Shown in pieces: positions 32,861 through 45,797 of a stretch of DNA of 64,000 nucleotides. Position numbers and translations under genes: made by a program. This DNA comes from the human T2T-CHM13v2.0 reference genome, Homo sapiens: the NCBI RefSeq assembly GCF_009914755.1, contig NC_060928.1. The stretch is one strand, 5' to 3'. The notes under the pieces are model-generated. The model had not been told where the DNA came from. It did not search any database and saw nothing but the letters and a program-made list of their open reading frames with translations. The stretch's first letter is position 1; each line of letters starts with the position of its first letter.

Positions 32861-35800
32861 TTCCCCACTCTAAAGAAGTACATCTAACTGCCCTTAGAAT
32901 AAGGATAAGGATTAGGATAAGAACAAAGACTGATTTTAACTGTTTCCTGCTGACAGGGTGTGTGCTGTTTTCGAAAAATGGCAGTCAGAGCTCCTGCAGA
33001 GGCCTCTCTTAAGGGTCCCTGGCAAAAGGGGCCATTGTTCCAGGCTCCAGTTGCATGACCGTTTGGAGTTTGATGACCTCAAGGCAAGAACAGAAGACAA
33101 ACCAGGCTATTAGAAAATATGTATCAAAATGAAACAAGGTGGGGGTAAGGACAGCTCAAAAATCTTGATGCCTTTTACCAGTTTGCACAGGAAGAGAGGG
33201 ACGAAAAGCCGACTGGTTAAAAAAAAGAAAAAAAGAAAAACTTTATTCTTTTGCCAGCATGTCAGCCTTCTGGGTTCCCTTCCCCTGAGCCCAATCCTAA
33301 GCCGACCAGTTTAAGGTTTGGGAAATTGACTCTTCCCAGTTTGGAGGATGTATCCAATGGGAGTGTCCTGTAGTATAGAGACACAATTTCCTATCTGTGA
33401 AGAGGGGATAGAAAAGGAGAAAGGAAAATATAAGACTTTTTTTTCAAAGGAGTCCCAGGGGTTCAGGATGCATTCAAAAGGGATACAGATTGAAGATGAA
33501 TGGCTACCCATCTAGAAAGAGGGGAGCAGGTATCACTGGTTCCCTTCTCTTCCTAGCAAATACTTGTGGTACGTGAAGGAAGAAAAGTGAGGCATTCCTT
33601 TTTCTTTCCTCCTTCCTTGAATACTTACATCCTGGCAACCCCAACAGGGTGCCACCCATGGATGTTAAAGTGGCTTTCACCCATGTTAATAAGGGGGTCT
33701 GGGGGGTGAGAGTATTCACTCTTACCCATGTATGCCTTATCTCCCCTGCTGTCAGTAGCCTTTGAATTCCCTAGACCTCATTTATGCCATGGATACTAGC
33801 ACGGCCTTTATCCATGAAATGGAAAGCTTGGCTGAATCAGTAGAAATCAGCCACACTCACCTGCACTGGGTCTTTTAACTTCTGTTATTGCCTGCCTCTG
33901 GATCCCTCAGATCCAGTTTTCTTTCCTTGGGCTTTGACCCAAAGCTTGTAATTGAGTTTGGGACAAAAATGTATCTCAGGGGGCAGTGCATGAACTTCTT
34001 ATCATAAGCTGAATGCTAAGGTGAAACTGTGGAATTTAGTGCCCCCCCAACAAGGGAGAGAAAAGGGTGTCTTTTGACATGCCCAGATAACTAGTGGCTA
34101 TAATTTTGCTTGCTAAGGTTTGGGTGCATTGTGCTTAGCTTTGCTTAGTTCCCTTGGTCTTACTTTCCCAAAAAGGAAACCTCTAGGTGATGGGCATCCT
34201 ATTTATTCCCATCACCTGGCAGGATTTGCAGGATAATTACTCAGAACTAGAATATCAACCCAGATTTCTACATTACCCATCCCTCTTGTTCCTTCTGAGC
34301 TGCAGTTGGAGATTGCTGGTTGGGTCACAGTAACAAGCAGGGTTAGTCTAAAATGTAGCCAAAAACTTAAAAACAGCTAAGTTTAGAATTTAATGACAAA
34401 TGTATAAGTTTTGAAACATTTCTCTCTCTCCAGTCCTCATTTTTGTTAAAAAAAAATCATGATAGAACTGAGTTATCTGCAAAATAGACTTTAGTCTTAT
34501 ACTTGGCTTGATTATTTGCATAAAGTGCAGCAAGAATAATTATTTCTACATAGGTTTTTTAGATTGGCTTTGATGGAACTCTGTTCCACAAGGAATCTCA
34601 GATAGGATCTTTGAAAGCAGAGCCCAGCCATGGGTTTGTATCCTCAAATACCTGTGAGTTGGGTGATACTCCCCTCTTAAGGTCCCAAGATAAACTTGGA
34701 GCTCCTGGGCCTGTTAGAAAGTAACATTCTTTACTGACCACAGGTCAGGAACCCTGTACAAGAACTCTGTAGACAAGAGTATGAGGCCAGTTTTTTTTCT
34801 TAAGGGGCTTTTATCAGCTCTCCAAGTTGAGCTTGACTCCTTAAAGGGAAGCATATCCTTTCAGTCAAAGCCTTGGTAAAACAACCAGTTTCTCCAATTG
34901 TGTTCTGTTGCAAAAGAAAATTGATTTTATTGCACTGATGCAAACAACTATATCGCCACAGGTTGAGAGTATTCGCAGATAGTTTCCAAATTCTAGAGGA
35001 ACCAGGTAGAGAGAAACCAACATGCTCCAAATTTTCTTCACAGGAGTATACCTTACTCAATTATGAAAGGCTATAAATAGTTCAAAATAAGTTTTCTTGA
35101 CTCTGAAAAACAAAACAAGGATCAGCAATATTCCAAGCAAAAGTCAAAAGATTGTTTCAGTTTTCTGAGTTCAGTCAATTTAGTTCTTGTTTTGCTTGAT
35201 ATTCATAAATATTCAGCTCTTCATGAGTCCTGTACATTTTTCCTGTACTCAAATATCACAATTTACATAGTTATCAGAAACCTGTATTTAAACACACTTA
35301 GCTATAACTTATAGAACTTCAGAGTTCTATAGCTTATTATAAACAATATTTTGAAAAGGATTAAAACAAGACAATTGTCTATGAATAACAAAATGTCCAG
35401 GGTAGTTACAGTTAGAAACAAAATTAATAAAGAAGTTTAGTTATCTCTGTGGTTTACAAAAACTTAACATAACAACTTCAATTATGATTGATAGCATATA
35501 CTCAGATATTAGAATTTTAGAAACCCCAGACAATTTTGGAACACATATTAGTATTATTCAACAAAATATAGCCTAAAGAAGACTGAACACCATTTTGGCA
35601 ATCCCATGTAATGAAACATGTCAAATAATCTTGTTTATCTCTTTTCTGTGTACTCCAGGGGCCCTTCTGAAGCATCTGAAAAGTCAGGTGTCAGGAAAGA
35701 CAATTTTGAAACTGAAGTTTGATTTTAAGAAGCCTGTTAAATATGTTAGAGGTTTAAAACATTTGATGTTATGAAACAGAATTCCAGATTACATAAATTA

Positions 35801-36820
35801 TTTATTTTACCAAAATTATGACTCAGAAACTTTAAAAAAGCAAAAACCTTTTATAACCCTTTACAAATTTTGGTAAAGAGCAGTTGAGTGCCTTAAGAGT
35901 ACCTTGTGTGCTTATTTTAATGCTCAATTTACAGAAAAACTATATAATACCCTTTGAATTTAGTCAGTATGTTCACACATGGAATTTTTGCAAGATTAAC
36001 TTTTACAATCCTCCCATCACTTGTTTGAACTTTTAACTTCATCCTACTTAATTTAAAACAATTATTTAACCCTAGGCAAGAATTTACACTTTTAAGCCTT
36101 CTTATAACCTTTTATTAAAAACACATTTTACTGTTCTCACACACCTTGCATGTAAATCTATTTCCCGTAGTCTCAATTATATGTCATAATGGTAACTTTT
36201 AGCAATTTTTAACTTTAATGTAAAACCTGGTACGTTGTTTTGATTATATGCTACATGCAGCCAAGGCTTGACCCCTTCCAGCATAATTAAGGGTGTGGCT
36301 AGTTCCATATGTCCCCAGGCCTTACCTTCTTATTCTTATGTAAATATTCCTCCACCAGGGAGAAAAGCTTAATTGCTGGGGACAAAGCTGGACTCCCTGG
36401 CCAAGGACTGGGAGACTCCCTGGCCAAGGACTGGGAGACTCCATGGTGCATGGCAGGGAATGCCAGCCAGCCGTGTGGGGTGCCTTAAGGCCCTGGCAGC
36501 AGTTGTGGCTTATTGCTGCCCTGAGTAGCTGTTGAACACTGCACACACATGTGGCAGACATGGCCATGCACCCCAGGCAGCAGGGAAGGGGGAACAGGGA
36601 GCTGTCCCACCCAACCATCCCATGCATGCACCCACCTGTGGCTGCTGGGACGGGTGTGGACCACCTCCAGTATTGTAAAAGGAAAGATAGGTGCCATTAC
36701 TCTCCTGAAAAAAAATAAGAGGAATGTCATAGGACCAAAAGGCTCAGAAGCAAAAGTAAAAGGTTTTGGGTCTCCATTTTACTCACCCTTCCTCAGGTCC
36801 CACATTCTGGGTACCAAAAA
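32861..36820 (-). mobile_element. Non-autonomous ERV1 internal region (MER61-int/MER4 group) with gag remnant
   Basis: PBS-like TGGTACCCAGAATGTGGGAC ending at 36816, leader splice donor AAGG/GTGAGT near 36781-36790, gag matrix-like MGSHSSSICIPFECILNPWDSF (33311-33511), PPT next to the LTR. No pol or env ORF. Confidence 0.8.
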
Positions 36821-37114
36821 CTATAAAGCAATAAATCCCCATTCTCCCCTTCCCCAAGACCCTGGAAACCAGCATTCTACTTTCTGTCTCTATGCATTTG
36901 CTTACTCTAGGTACCTCATATAAGTGAAACCATACAATATTTGTCTTTCTGTGATGGGCTTACTTCACTTACCGTACTGTTCACAAATTTCATACATATG
37001 GTGGCATGTATCCAAATTTCATTCCTTTTTAAGACAAATTAATATTCCACTGCATGTTTATACCAAACTTTATTCATTCATGTATCGGTGAGCGTTTGGG
37101 TATTTCTACTTTTA

Positions 37115-37507
37115 AGTTAAATTAAGTTTAGGCCTGAGGTTGCCTCTATACTTGAGTCCTTATGTGGCAAACTGCAACATTGGTAGACAGACTACTAATT
37201 GAAAGCTTAATTTAGGAGTACATAAACTCTTCTAACAACTGGCTGAGTTCTAGTCAATCACAGCAGCTGAGCTTCAGTCAATTGCAGGTGGCCCACTCAT
37301 TCAAATAAGGCAAAACACTGAGCTGTAACCAACTAAGCTGACTGTGCATTACATCTGTTCTCCATCCATAAATGTTATCTGACCACTTTGGGGTCCCAGA
37401 GTTCTTAGAATCTATTCTGGTTCTGAGGGCTGCCCAATTCCAGAATTGTGAATCAAAGCTAATTAAGATATTTAAACTAAATTTATTGTAATTTTGTCTT
37501 TCGATAC
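37115..37507 (+). mobile_element. Second MER57-like LTR nested in L1MB
   Basis: gttaaattaagtttaggcctga start and ttcaaataaggcaaaacactgagctgtaaccaa, homologous to 6643-7035. Confidence 0.7.
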
Positions 37508-37863
37508 CACCTTTAGGCTACTGTGAATAATGCTGCTATGAACATTGGTGCAAAAGAATCTCTTTGAGTTCCTGCTTTCAATTTTTTCAGGTACATACTG
37601 AGAAATTGAATTTTGGTAATTCTAAGTTTAGCTTTTTGAGGAACCACTGTACTATTTTCTACAACTGCTGCTCCATGTTACATTCCCATGAGCTATGCAC
37701 TAAGGTTTTAATTTCTCCACATCTTCACCAACACTTGTTATTTTGTTTTTTTTAAATAATAACCAACCTAATGAGTGTGATCATTTATTTTTATACATGT
37801 GCCAATTGTACTAATAGTCCTAATTATCTTTTAATAGAAAATTTAAAGGATGAGATAAAGATA

Positions 37864-38220
37864 CAGTTTGAGTACACTTTATCCAAAATGCTCAAAATAG
37901 AAGTGTTTTGAATTTTAGATTTTTTTCAGATTTTGTAACATTTGCATACATATATGCAAATCTTGAGGATGAGACCCAAGCCTAAACACCAAATTCATTT
38001 ATGTTTTATAGCAACCTTGTACACATAGCCTGAAGGTAATTTTATGCAATAGTTTAAATCATTTTGTGCATGAAACAAAGTTTTAACTGTTTTGACTGCA
38101 ACACCTCACATGAGATCAGGTGTGGAATTTTCTACTTGTAGCATGATGTTTGCACTCAAAAAGTTTTGGATTTCAGGGCATTTCAGATTTTGTAGTTTTA
38201 CATTAGGGATACTCAACCTA
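37864..38220 (-). mobile_element. Tigger4b/MER46-type MITE
   Basis: TA-flanked degenerate TIRs cagtttgagtacacttta / tagggatactcaacct. Reverse-complement homology to both ends of the neighbouring Tigger4. Confidence 0.82.
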
Positions 38221-39021
38221 TAAAATCCATATTTTTAAATAAATTCAATTTGTATGTATTGTTTCTCAAATATTATGTTTATCCTAAAAAATTAACATTA
38301 ATATTAATGGTTTAGGTAAACACAAAGTAACATATAATACCTTGTTATATTCTAAAGCTTAGTTCAGCACTTTGTTATATCACTGAGTTTTAATGGCTAT
38401 CATCTGAAAAAAGTTTATTATACATATATTTATATCCACATGGAAAAACTACGTTATTGGTTGTAAACCCTGAAGTTTATTTTTTTACTTGCATTCACCA
38501 ATTTTCAATATTTTTGTTAAAATACATCTCGTAAATTTTTATCTCTATGATATCAGTCTGTTGTCTTATAAATAAATCAGAAAATATTGTATTTTCTTAC
38601 TGTAGATTAAATATCCCTAATCTAAAAATCTACAAAGTTCAAAACTTTTTAAGCACTGGACATGATGTCATAAGTGGAAAATTCCACACCTGACTTAATG
38701 TGATGGGTCACAGTGGAAATGTAAGTGCACAGCACAGTTTACTCAGTGTCCCCAAGAAAAAAAGACCCTCTCAGCCCTCTTCAGCTGCAACATATTTTTT
38801 TCCATGCATGCCCACACTTCCCCATGCAAGCATGCCTGCAAAGGGTAATAAAATGCCACTTGTGCAGGGTGAATGCACCAATGGCAGATTCCCTGCAATG
38901 ACCCACATGGACCAGGACCTATGTGCATTACTCACTGTTTTTTTGCTTATTCTTTGCTCTCTGATGTAAAGATACTGTTGGACATGTCAAAAAGGCCTGC
39001 AGATACCCTATGATCATGGTA

Positions 39022-39173
39022 ACAAGTGAAAGAGGAAGCATTTATGTTTATCTATAGCACAGAAAGATACACTGTTGGAGAAACTGGACAGCGGTGTACA
39101 AGTGAAACAGGAAGCATTTATGTTTATCTATAGCACAGAAAGATAAACTGTTGGAGAAAGGGGACAGCGGTGT
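39022..39173 (+). repeat. 76-bp tandem duplication inside the Tigger4 ORF
   Basis: Copies 39022-39097 and 39098-39173 differ at about 4 positions. Confidence 0.9.
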
Positions 39174-40688
39174 AACTGTAAAATGTCTTACAGAAGAGCA
39201 CAGTGTTGGAATGTCCAGTATTTATGACGTGAAGCAACAGACAAATAAACTGCTGAAGTTCTATGCCTAAAGTGATGAACAAAAATTAATGAAAATAGAA
39301 AAACACTGTGCAAAGCTAAAAATGAAAATATTGATTATGTATTGAAAGAATGGATCCACCAGTATTGCATTAAACACATGCATATAATGATATGCTGATC
39401 ATAAAACAAGCAAAGATCTATCACGATGAACTGAAGAGAATTGTGAATATTCAACAGGCTGGTTGTAGAAATTTAAGAAAAAATGTTGCATTAAATTTTT
39501 TAAATATTTGTAGTGATAAAGCATCTGCTGAACATGAAACAACAGAGAAATTCATTGACAAGTTTGCCAAGGTCATCACCAAGGAAAATTTGACACCAGA
39601 ACAAGTCTATAATGCTGATGAAACATCACTGTTTTGGCCTTATTGAGCCAGAAAGTCACTGACTGCAGATGATGAGACAGCCCCTACAGGAATCAAGGAG
39701 GCCAAGGACAGAAGAATATTTGCATACACTACTCTGTGTATGCAAGATATCTTGGAGATGGGACCCAAGTCCCATCTGTGCTGGGCTGTGCTAATGCTGC
39801 AGGCATGCATAAGTAAACCTGATGTGATAGGGAAAAGCTGTGTCCTTTCTGTTTCCAAGGAATGAATTTCTTACCAGTCCATTATTATGCTGACAAAAAG
39901 GCATAGATCACCAGGGTCATCTTTTCCGTTTGCTTTCACAAACATTTTGCACCAGCATCTTATGCTCAGAGCAGGGAAGCTAGACTGGGTGATGACTGCA
40001 AGATTTTGTTATTCCTTGACAACTGTTCTGCTCATCCTCCAGCTGAAGTTCTCATCAAAAATGCTTATGCCCTGTACTTTCCCCCAAAATGTGACTTCAT
40101 TAATTGTGACCAGGGTATCCTTAGATCAATGAACAGTAAATATAAAAACACTCTACTGAACAGCATGCTACAGCAGTGAAAAGAGGCATGGATGTGGAAG
40201 ATTTCAAAAGGAGTTTAGCATGATGGCTGCTGGATATGTTGTTACCAACCCTTGGAACACAGTGATTAATACATAGCTGTGCATGCCTGGCACAACCTCT
40301 GGTCTGTGACTCTGTTCAGTGAGGATGATAAAAAAGTTGGTGACTTTGAAGGATTCTATATATCAAGTGAGAAAAAATGATGTCTGACCTCCTTACATAT
40401 TCAAAAAGATATACCTTCAGTGTTCATCAGTAAGCTAGAAGAAGTGGATATTGAAGAAGTTTTTAACATTGATAGAGTCTCCAGTTGTTCATTCATTGAT
40501 CAATGGTAAAATAGCTGAAATGGTTCTGAATCAGGATGATCAGGATAAAAGTGACAATGAAGATGAAGTTGTTAACACTGAAGAAAAAGTGCCTGTGGAC
40601 AATGCGGTGAAAATGTGATGGGGTTATTGAAAGACTAGAGCAGTGTGCATTAATAACAGAACAAGAGTCATGTCTATTTATAAAATCA

Positions 40689-41153
<465 letters not shown>

Positions 41154-42319
41154 CTAAGCTTTTAGTCAAAACACAACATCATCGGTGGAGACCGAAAGCC
41201 TGCTGCTGTTGGTGGTTGCTGATGTTTAACAGTTGATACAGGTTTTCTGGTGATGCTACTGTGCTGCTTAGTTACCCTGAACACATTATTTTTTCACTGC
41301 ACTCATGGTATCTCATACTTTTTACTGTTAAGTACTTGCGTGTGAACAAGCATAAGAAAATGATTGCTTTTTAGTAGCACATAAATTCAGAGTCAGGAAT
41401 GATGGTGATGCCAAACAGCATAGACTATTTACATGGGTGGCTGAGATTGTGACACTTTTGCTTTCTGATAGTACAATGTATACAAACTTGGTTTATGCAC
41501 AAAAGTATGTAAAATATTGGATAAAATTACCTTCAGGCTATGTGTGCAGATGTATATAATCATAAATGAATTTCGTGTTTAGACTTGGATCCCATCTCCA
41601 AGATATCTCATTAAGTGTATGCATGTATTCCAAAATCCAAAATCCAGAACACTTCTATTCCCATGCATTTCAAATAAGGGATACTAAACTTGTATTATCA
41701 AACAGTTTGAAAACCCACTGTAACTCTTTATTTGAAATATGTTTTTAAATAGACAAAAAATTTACTTGTCAATTTTTTAAGTTTAGATATAAGAAAATTT
41801 GTATGGGACACATACACATTGTTTGGCAGTAAAATCATGGAACAATGGAAACATTTCCAAACATCCAATTTTAAAATGCTTTGTTCATAGCAGGAGTTTC
41901 TTTTGAAAAGCAATTACTTTTACATTCATTGTTAAAACATTACTTTAAACTTAGGGGATGAATTAAGTGTGTTTATATTTTCAAAAAAGGTCTGGTGGGT
42001 AGCATACTATTGACAGACACTTGTCATCACAGAAAAGAACAGAAAATCTGGAACACTTGTCTTTTCATTTTAAAAAGATGCAAATTATACATCTCTAAGT
42101 TAATTATTCAGTACTTTGCCATGATAAATGCAGAGAAAATTTTATGGTAATAAAGATTTTCACAATCTCTTCCCATCTCATTGCAACATCTACTCTTTTA
42201 TTTAATTTTTGTAAAACTAAGTGCACCCACACAGTCTGTATCAGAAAGAGGGCAATACATCAGGATAGGATGTTGTAAATGAATGAGTGGAGTGGGGCAC
42301 TGTCAAGCCCACTGCTTGG

Positions 42320-42575
42320 TGTGATTCCCAGTTGTAATAAAGCAAATGACCATAAAATATCTCCTTCCTTCTATCCTTTGCAATGTGACTTTGCAGCTCC
42401 TTTCGAAGAGAGAAATTACTTCCACTTCCCTTGAATCTGGGGTAGTCTTGTGCCTTGCTTTGGCCAACAGAGCATGGCAGAAGCACCACAGTGCCCGTTT
42501 CAAACCTGGCCCACTAGACTCTTTGCCTGCTTCTGCTCTTGCTTGTGGAACTCTGCCACCAGGTGATCAAGCATG
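42320..42575 (+). mobile_element. MLT1F-like LTR fragment (followed by a MER5-like relic to ~42712)
   Basis: tgcaatgtgactttgcagctcc, cccttgaatctggg, ttgctttggccaacag. Confidence 0.55.
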
Positions 42576-42969
42576 GGCTTCTTACAAATACGAATCCCCA
42601 GGGCACTTCTCCAGAGATTCTGATTCATTGGGTCCAGGGATTTATACTTTTATCAAGCATCAGAAGTAATTCTGATTCAGGAGGTCTTCAGATAACACCT
42701 CAGAAAACACTGCAAATCTGGATTACGAAGTGGCCTCAACTCCAAGCATATTATCAGAATCAGAAAATACATATGAACTAGGGTCCACTCAGAGCAGCCT
42801 ACACTCAGCGGTAAGGTTGCATCAGTGTATGCTCCTGGTGCATGTAGGGAGTATCCCACATTGTGACAATATTGATACAGCAATTAGAAGGAGGACCTCC
42901 AGAGAAGAGCAAAAGAAGTGCCCCTGGAGGTTTTCCTGTAGGTCAACTTTGCAGGATTCCTGAGCTTGA

Positions 42970-43165
42970 CTTCAGCTCTGATTTTGTCTTTTACTAACTT
43001 CATGATCTTGTATAATTCCCCTAATCTCTCCAAGCTTTAGCCTTCCTATCTATGAAGTGGGAATTCTAACTGTGTCATAAGTTTATTGCAAGAAGAAAAT
43101 GAGGTAAGTTGTAGAAAGCACTTAATACAGAACCTGGCATACAGAAGATGTTCAACTATTTATTA
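42970..43165 (+). mobile_element. MIR
   Basis: cttcctatctatgaagtggg...gaaagcacttaatacagaacctggcatacag. Confidence 0.65.
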
Positions 43166-43212
43166 TTCTTGTTTCATTATGATATTGTTATCCTTAGAAA
43201 CCTACTCCTCTT

Positions 43213-43859
43213 AGGATGTGGAGAAATAGGAATGCTTTTACACTGTTGGTGGGAGTGTAAATTAGTTCAACCATTATGGCAGACAGTGTGGCGATTCCTC
43301 AAGGATCTAGAAGTAGAATTACCATTTGACCTGGCAATCCCATTACTGGGTATATATACCCAAAGGATTATAAATCATGCTACTATAAAGACACATGCAC
43401 ACGTATGTTTATTGCGGCACTATTCACAATAGCAAAGACTTGGAACCAACCCAAATGTTCATCAATGATAGACTGGATTAAGAAAATGTGGCACATATAC
43501 ACAATGGAATACTATGCAGCCAAAAAAAGGATGAGCTCATGTCCTTTGCAGGGACATGGATGAAGCTGGAAACCATCATTCTCAGCAAACTATCACAAGA
43601 ACAGAAAACCAAACACCACATGTTCTTACTCATAGGTGGGAAATTAACAATGATATCACTTGGACACAGGGCGGGGAACATCACACACTGGGGCCTGTCA
43701 GGGGGTGGGGGGCTGGGAGAGGGATAGCATTAGGAGAAATACCTAATGTAAATGATGAGTTGATGGGTGCAGCAAACCAACATGGCACATGTATACCTAT
43801 GTATCAAACCTGCATGTTGTGCACATGTACCCTAGAACTTAAAAGTATATTTAAAAAAA
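43213..43859 (+). mobile_element. 5'-truncated L1PA5-like element
   Basis: ORF2 C-terminus ([12 protein letters not shown]) and 3' UTR ggagaaatacctaatgtaaatgatgagttgatgggtgcagcaaaccaacatgg. TSD agaaacctactcctct / aaaagcctactcatct. Confidence 0.92.
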
Positions 43860-43989
43860 GTTGAGGTTTTCCCATTAATTTCCCATTAATTAAAAAAAGC
43901 CTACTCATCTCAAAGGGCTAATTTGCATTTCTGGACATCTCCAAATCCCTCAGTGGAAGCCTGTCTCACATATAGTCAAACTCTGGAAT

Positions 43990-44185
43990 CAGCCATATCT
44001 TGGTTCCCGTCCTCAACTCCACCACATGTGACTTCAAGCAAGTCACTTATAAATCTCAGTGTTTTCATCTGTAAAACAGGGACAACAACATTACCTTCCA
44101 CCATAGGGTTGTGAATATTAGAAGAGTTAATGTTCAATACCTCACACACTGCAACCCACAGCAAATATTAGCAATTAGCATTATT
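43990..44185 (+). mobile_element. MIR
   Basis: tgtgacttcaagcaagtcactt...ctcagtgttttcatctgtaaaacaggg. Confidence 0.7.
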
Positions 44186-44760
44186 TCCTCAGGGCTATTC
44201 TTCATAAATTCTGAAATCCAAATCAAGAAAATGCATTTGCAGGTTTACAAGAAGCAACCCAGAAATTCAATGGTAAGGTCGCATCACTGTATGTCCTAGT
44301 GCAGGTAGGGAGAATCCCTCAGTGTGACAAGACTGGTGGAACAATTAGAAAGAGGACCTCCAGAGAAGGAGAAAAGAAGAGTCCTTGGAGTTTTCCTGAG
44401 GCACAGACCCTAAAAACAGACCTATCTGGTGTTTGGAGCTGCAGCGAGAAGAATAAATTTGCTTTTGTGGGACTCATATTGCCAAAAGCTCATCTGTGAG
44501 TGAATAATGAAGTTGAGACATACGTGGTCACCAAAAACAAACAAACAAACAAACAAACAAAACAGGTCAGGGCTTTGAGGCTCAGGAAGTAATTTAGGAA
44601 GATAATAATAAAGGTATCCTCCCATCTCTATTACCTCTCTTACTACCTAAACCAGACCCTCCTGACCCTCGGCCTGCAAAAGTGCAGGACTTTCAACTGG
44701 TTCCTCTGCATCTTGCTCTTCTGTTCCTCCCCTCCACTCAGCACACCAAAGCCCAAATTA

Positions 44761-45174
<414 letters not shown>

Positions 45175-45243
45175 TCATTCTCACACAGTAGGCTTCACCC
45201 TGCTGCTGTGTCCATGAATTTCTTCTCATTACGGTCATCAATA

Positions 45244-45797
45244 CAAGTAGTCCCCCTTTATCCAAGAGAGATACATTCCAACACCCCCACAGTGGATTCC
45301 TAAAACCTCAGATAGTACCAAACCCTATATATACTACGGTTTTTTTCCCTACACATACATACCTATGATAAGGTTTAATTAAGATTAAGTTAATCTGACA
45401 CATCACAATGCTGTCAATCAGAACACATGTCTGTTTACGTTTTCCATCCACAAATGTAAGGCCTTTTCCATTTTAACTAAGCACTTATCGCTTGCTGTTT
45501 GAGGTGCCACAGCAAAACTAGCACTACACTACCATGACAGTAGATCTGATAACTGAGAGGACTGCAAAGTGACTAACAGGCAGGTAGCATATGCAGGGTC
45601 AACGCACTGGCCAAAGGGATGATCCATGTCCCAGGCAGGATGGAGCAGGATGGAGTGAGATTTCATCCCAATACTTGGAACAGTGTGCAATTTAAAACAG
45701 ATGAATTATTCATTTCTGGAATTTTCTGTTTAATATTTTCAGACCATGGGTAACTGAAAATGTGGAAAACAAAACTGTGGATAAGGAAGGATTACTG
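45244..45797 (+). mobile_element. MER44-type (Tigger7-derived) MITE
   Basis: TA-flanked TIRs caagtagtccccctttatcc / ggataaggaaggattactg. Confidence 0.85.

Larger units (their letters stand above)
32411..37790 (-). mobile_element. L1MB-type 3' end, antisense, split by the ERV (32546-36820) and a MER57-like LTR
   Basis: aaaatttaccattttaacc...tttccagaactttttcatcatcccaaa on the left; resumes at 36821 with ccccattctcccc...ctactttctgtctctatg. Confidence 0.8.

Noticed and set aside
39392-40132. DDE transposase-like ORFs suggesting a domesticated TIGD/JRK-type gene
   Set aside because: Multiple stops and frameshifts, a 76-bp duplication, and TIRs still present: a dead Tigger4.
42704-42810. Apparent complete exon (cctcag acceptor to GTAAGG donor)
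   Set aside because: The acceptor lies in a MER5-like end with no polypyrimidine tract. Only the donor-containing module was kept as a finding.
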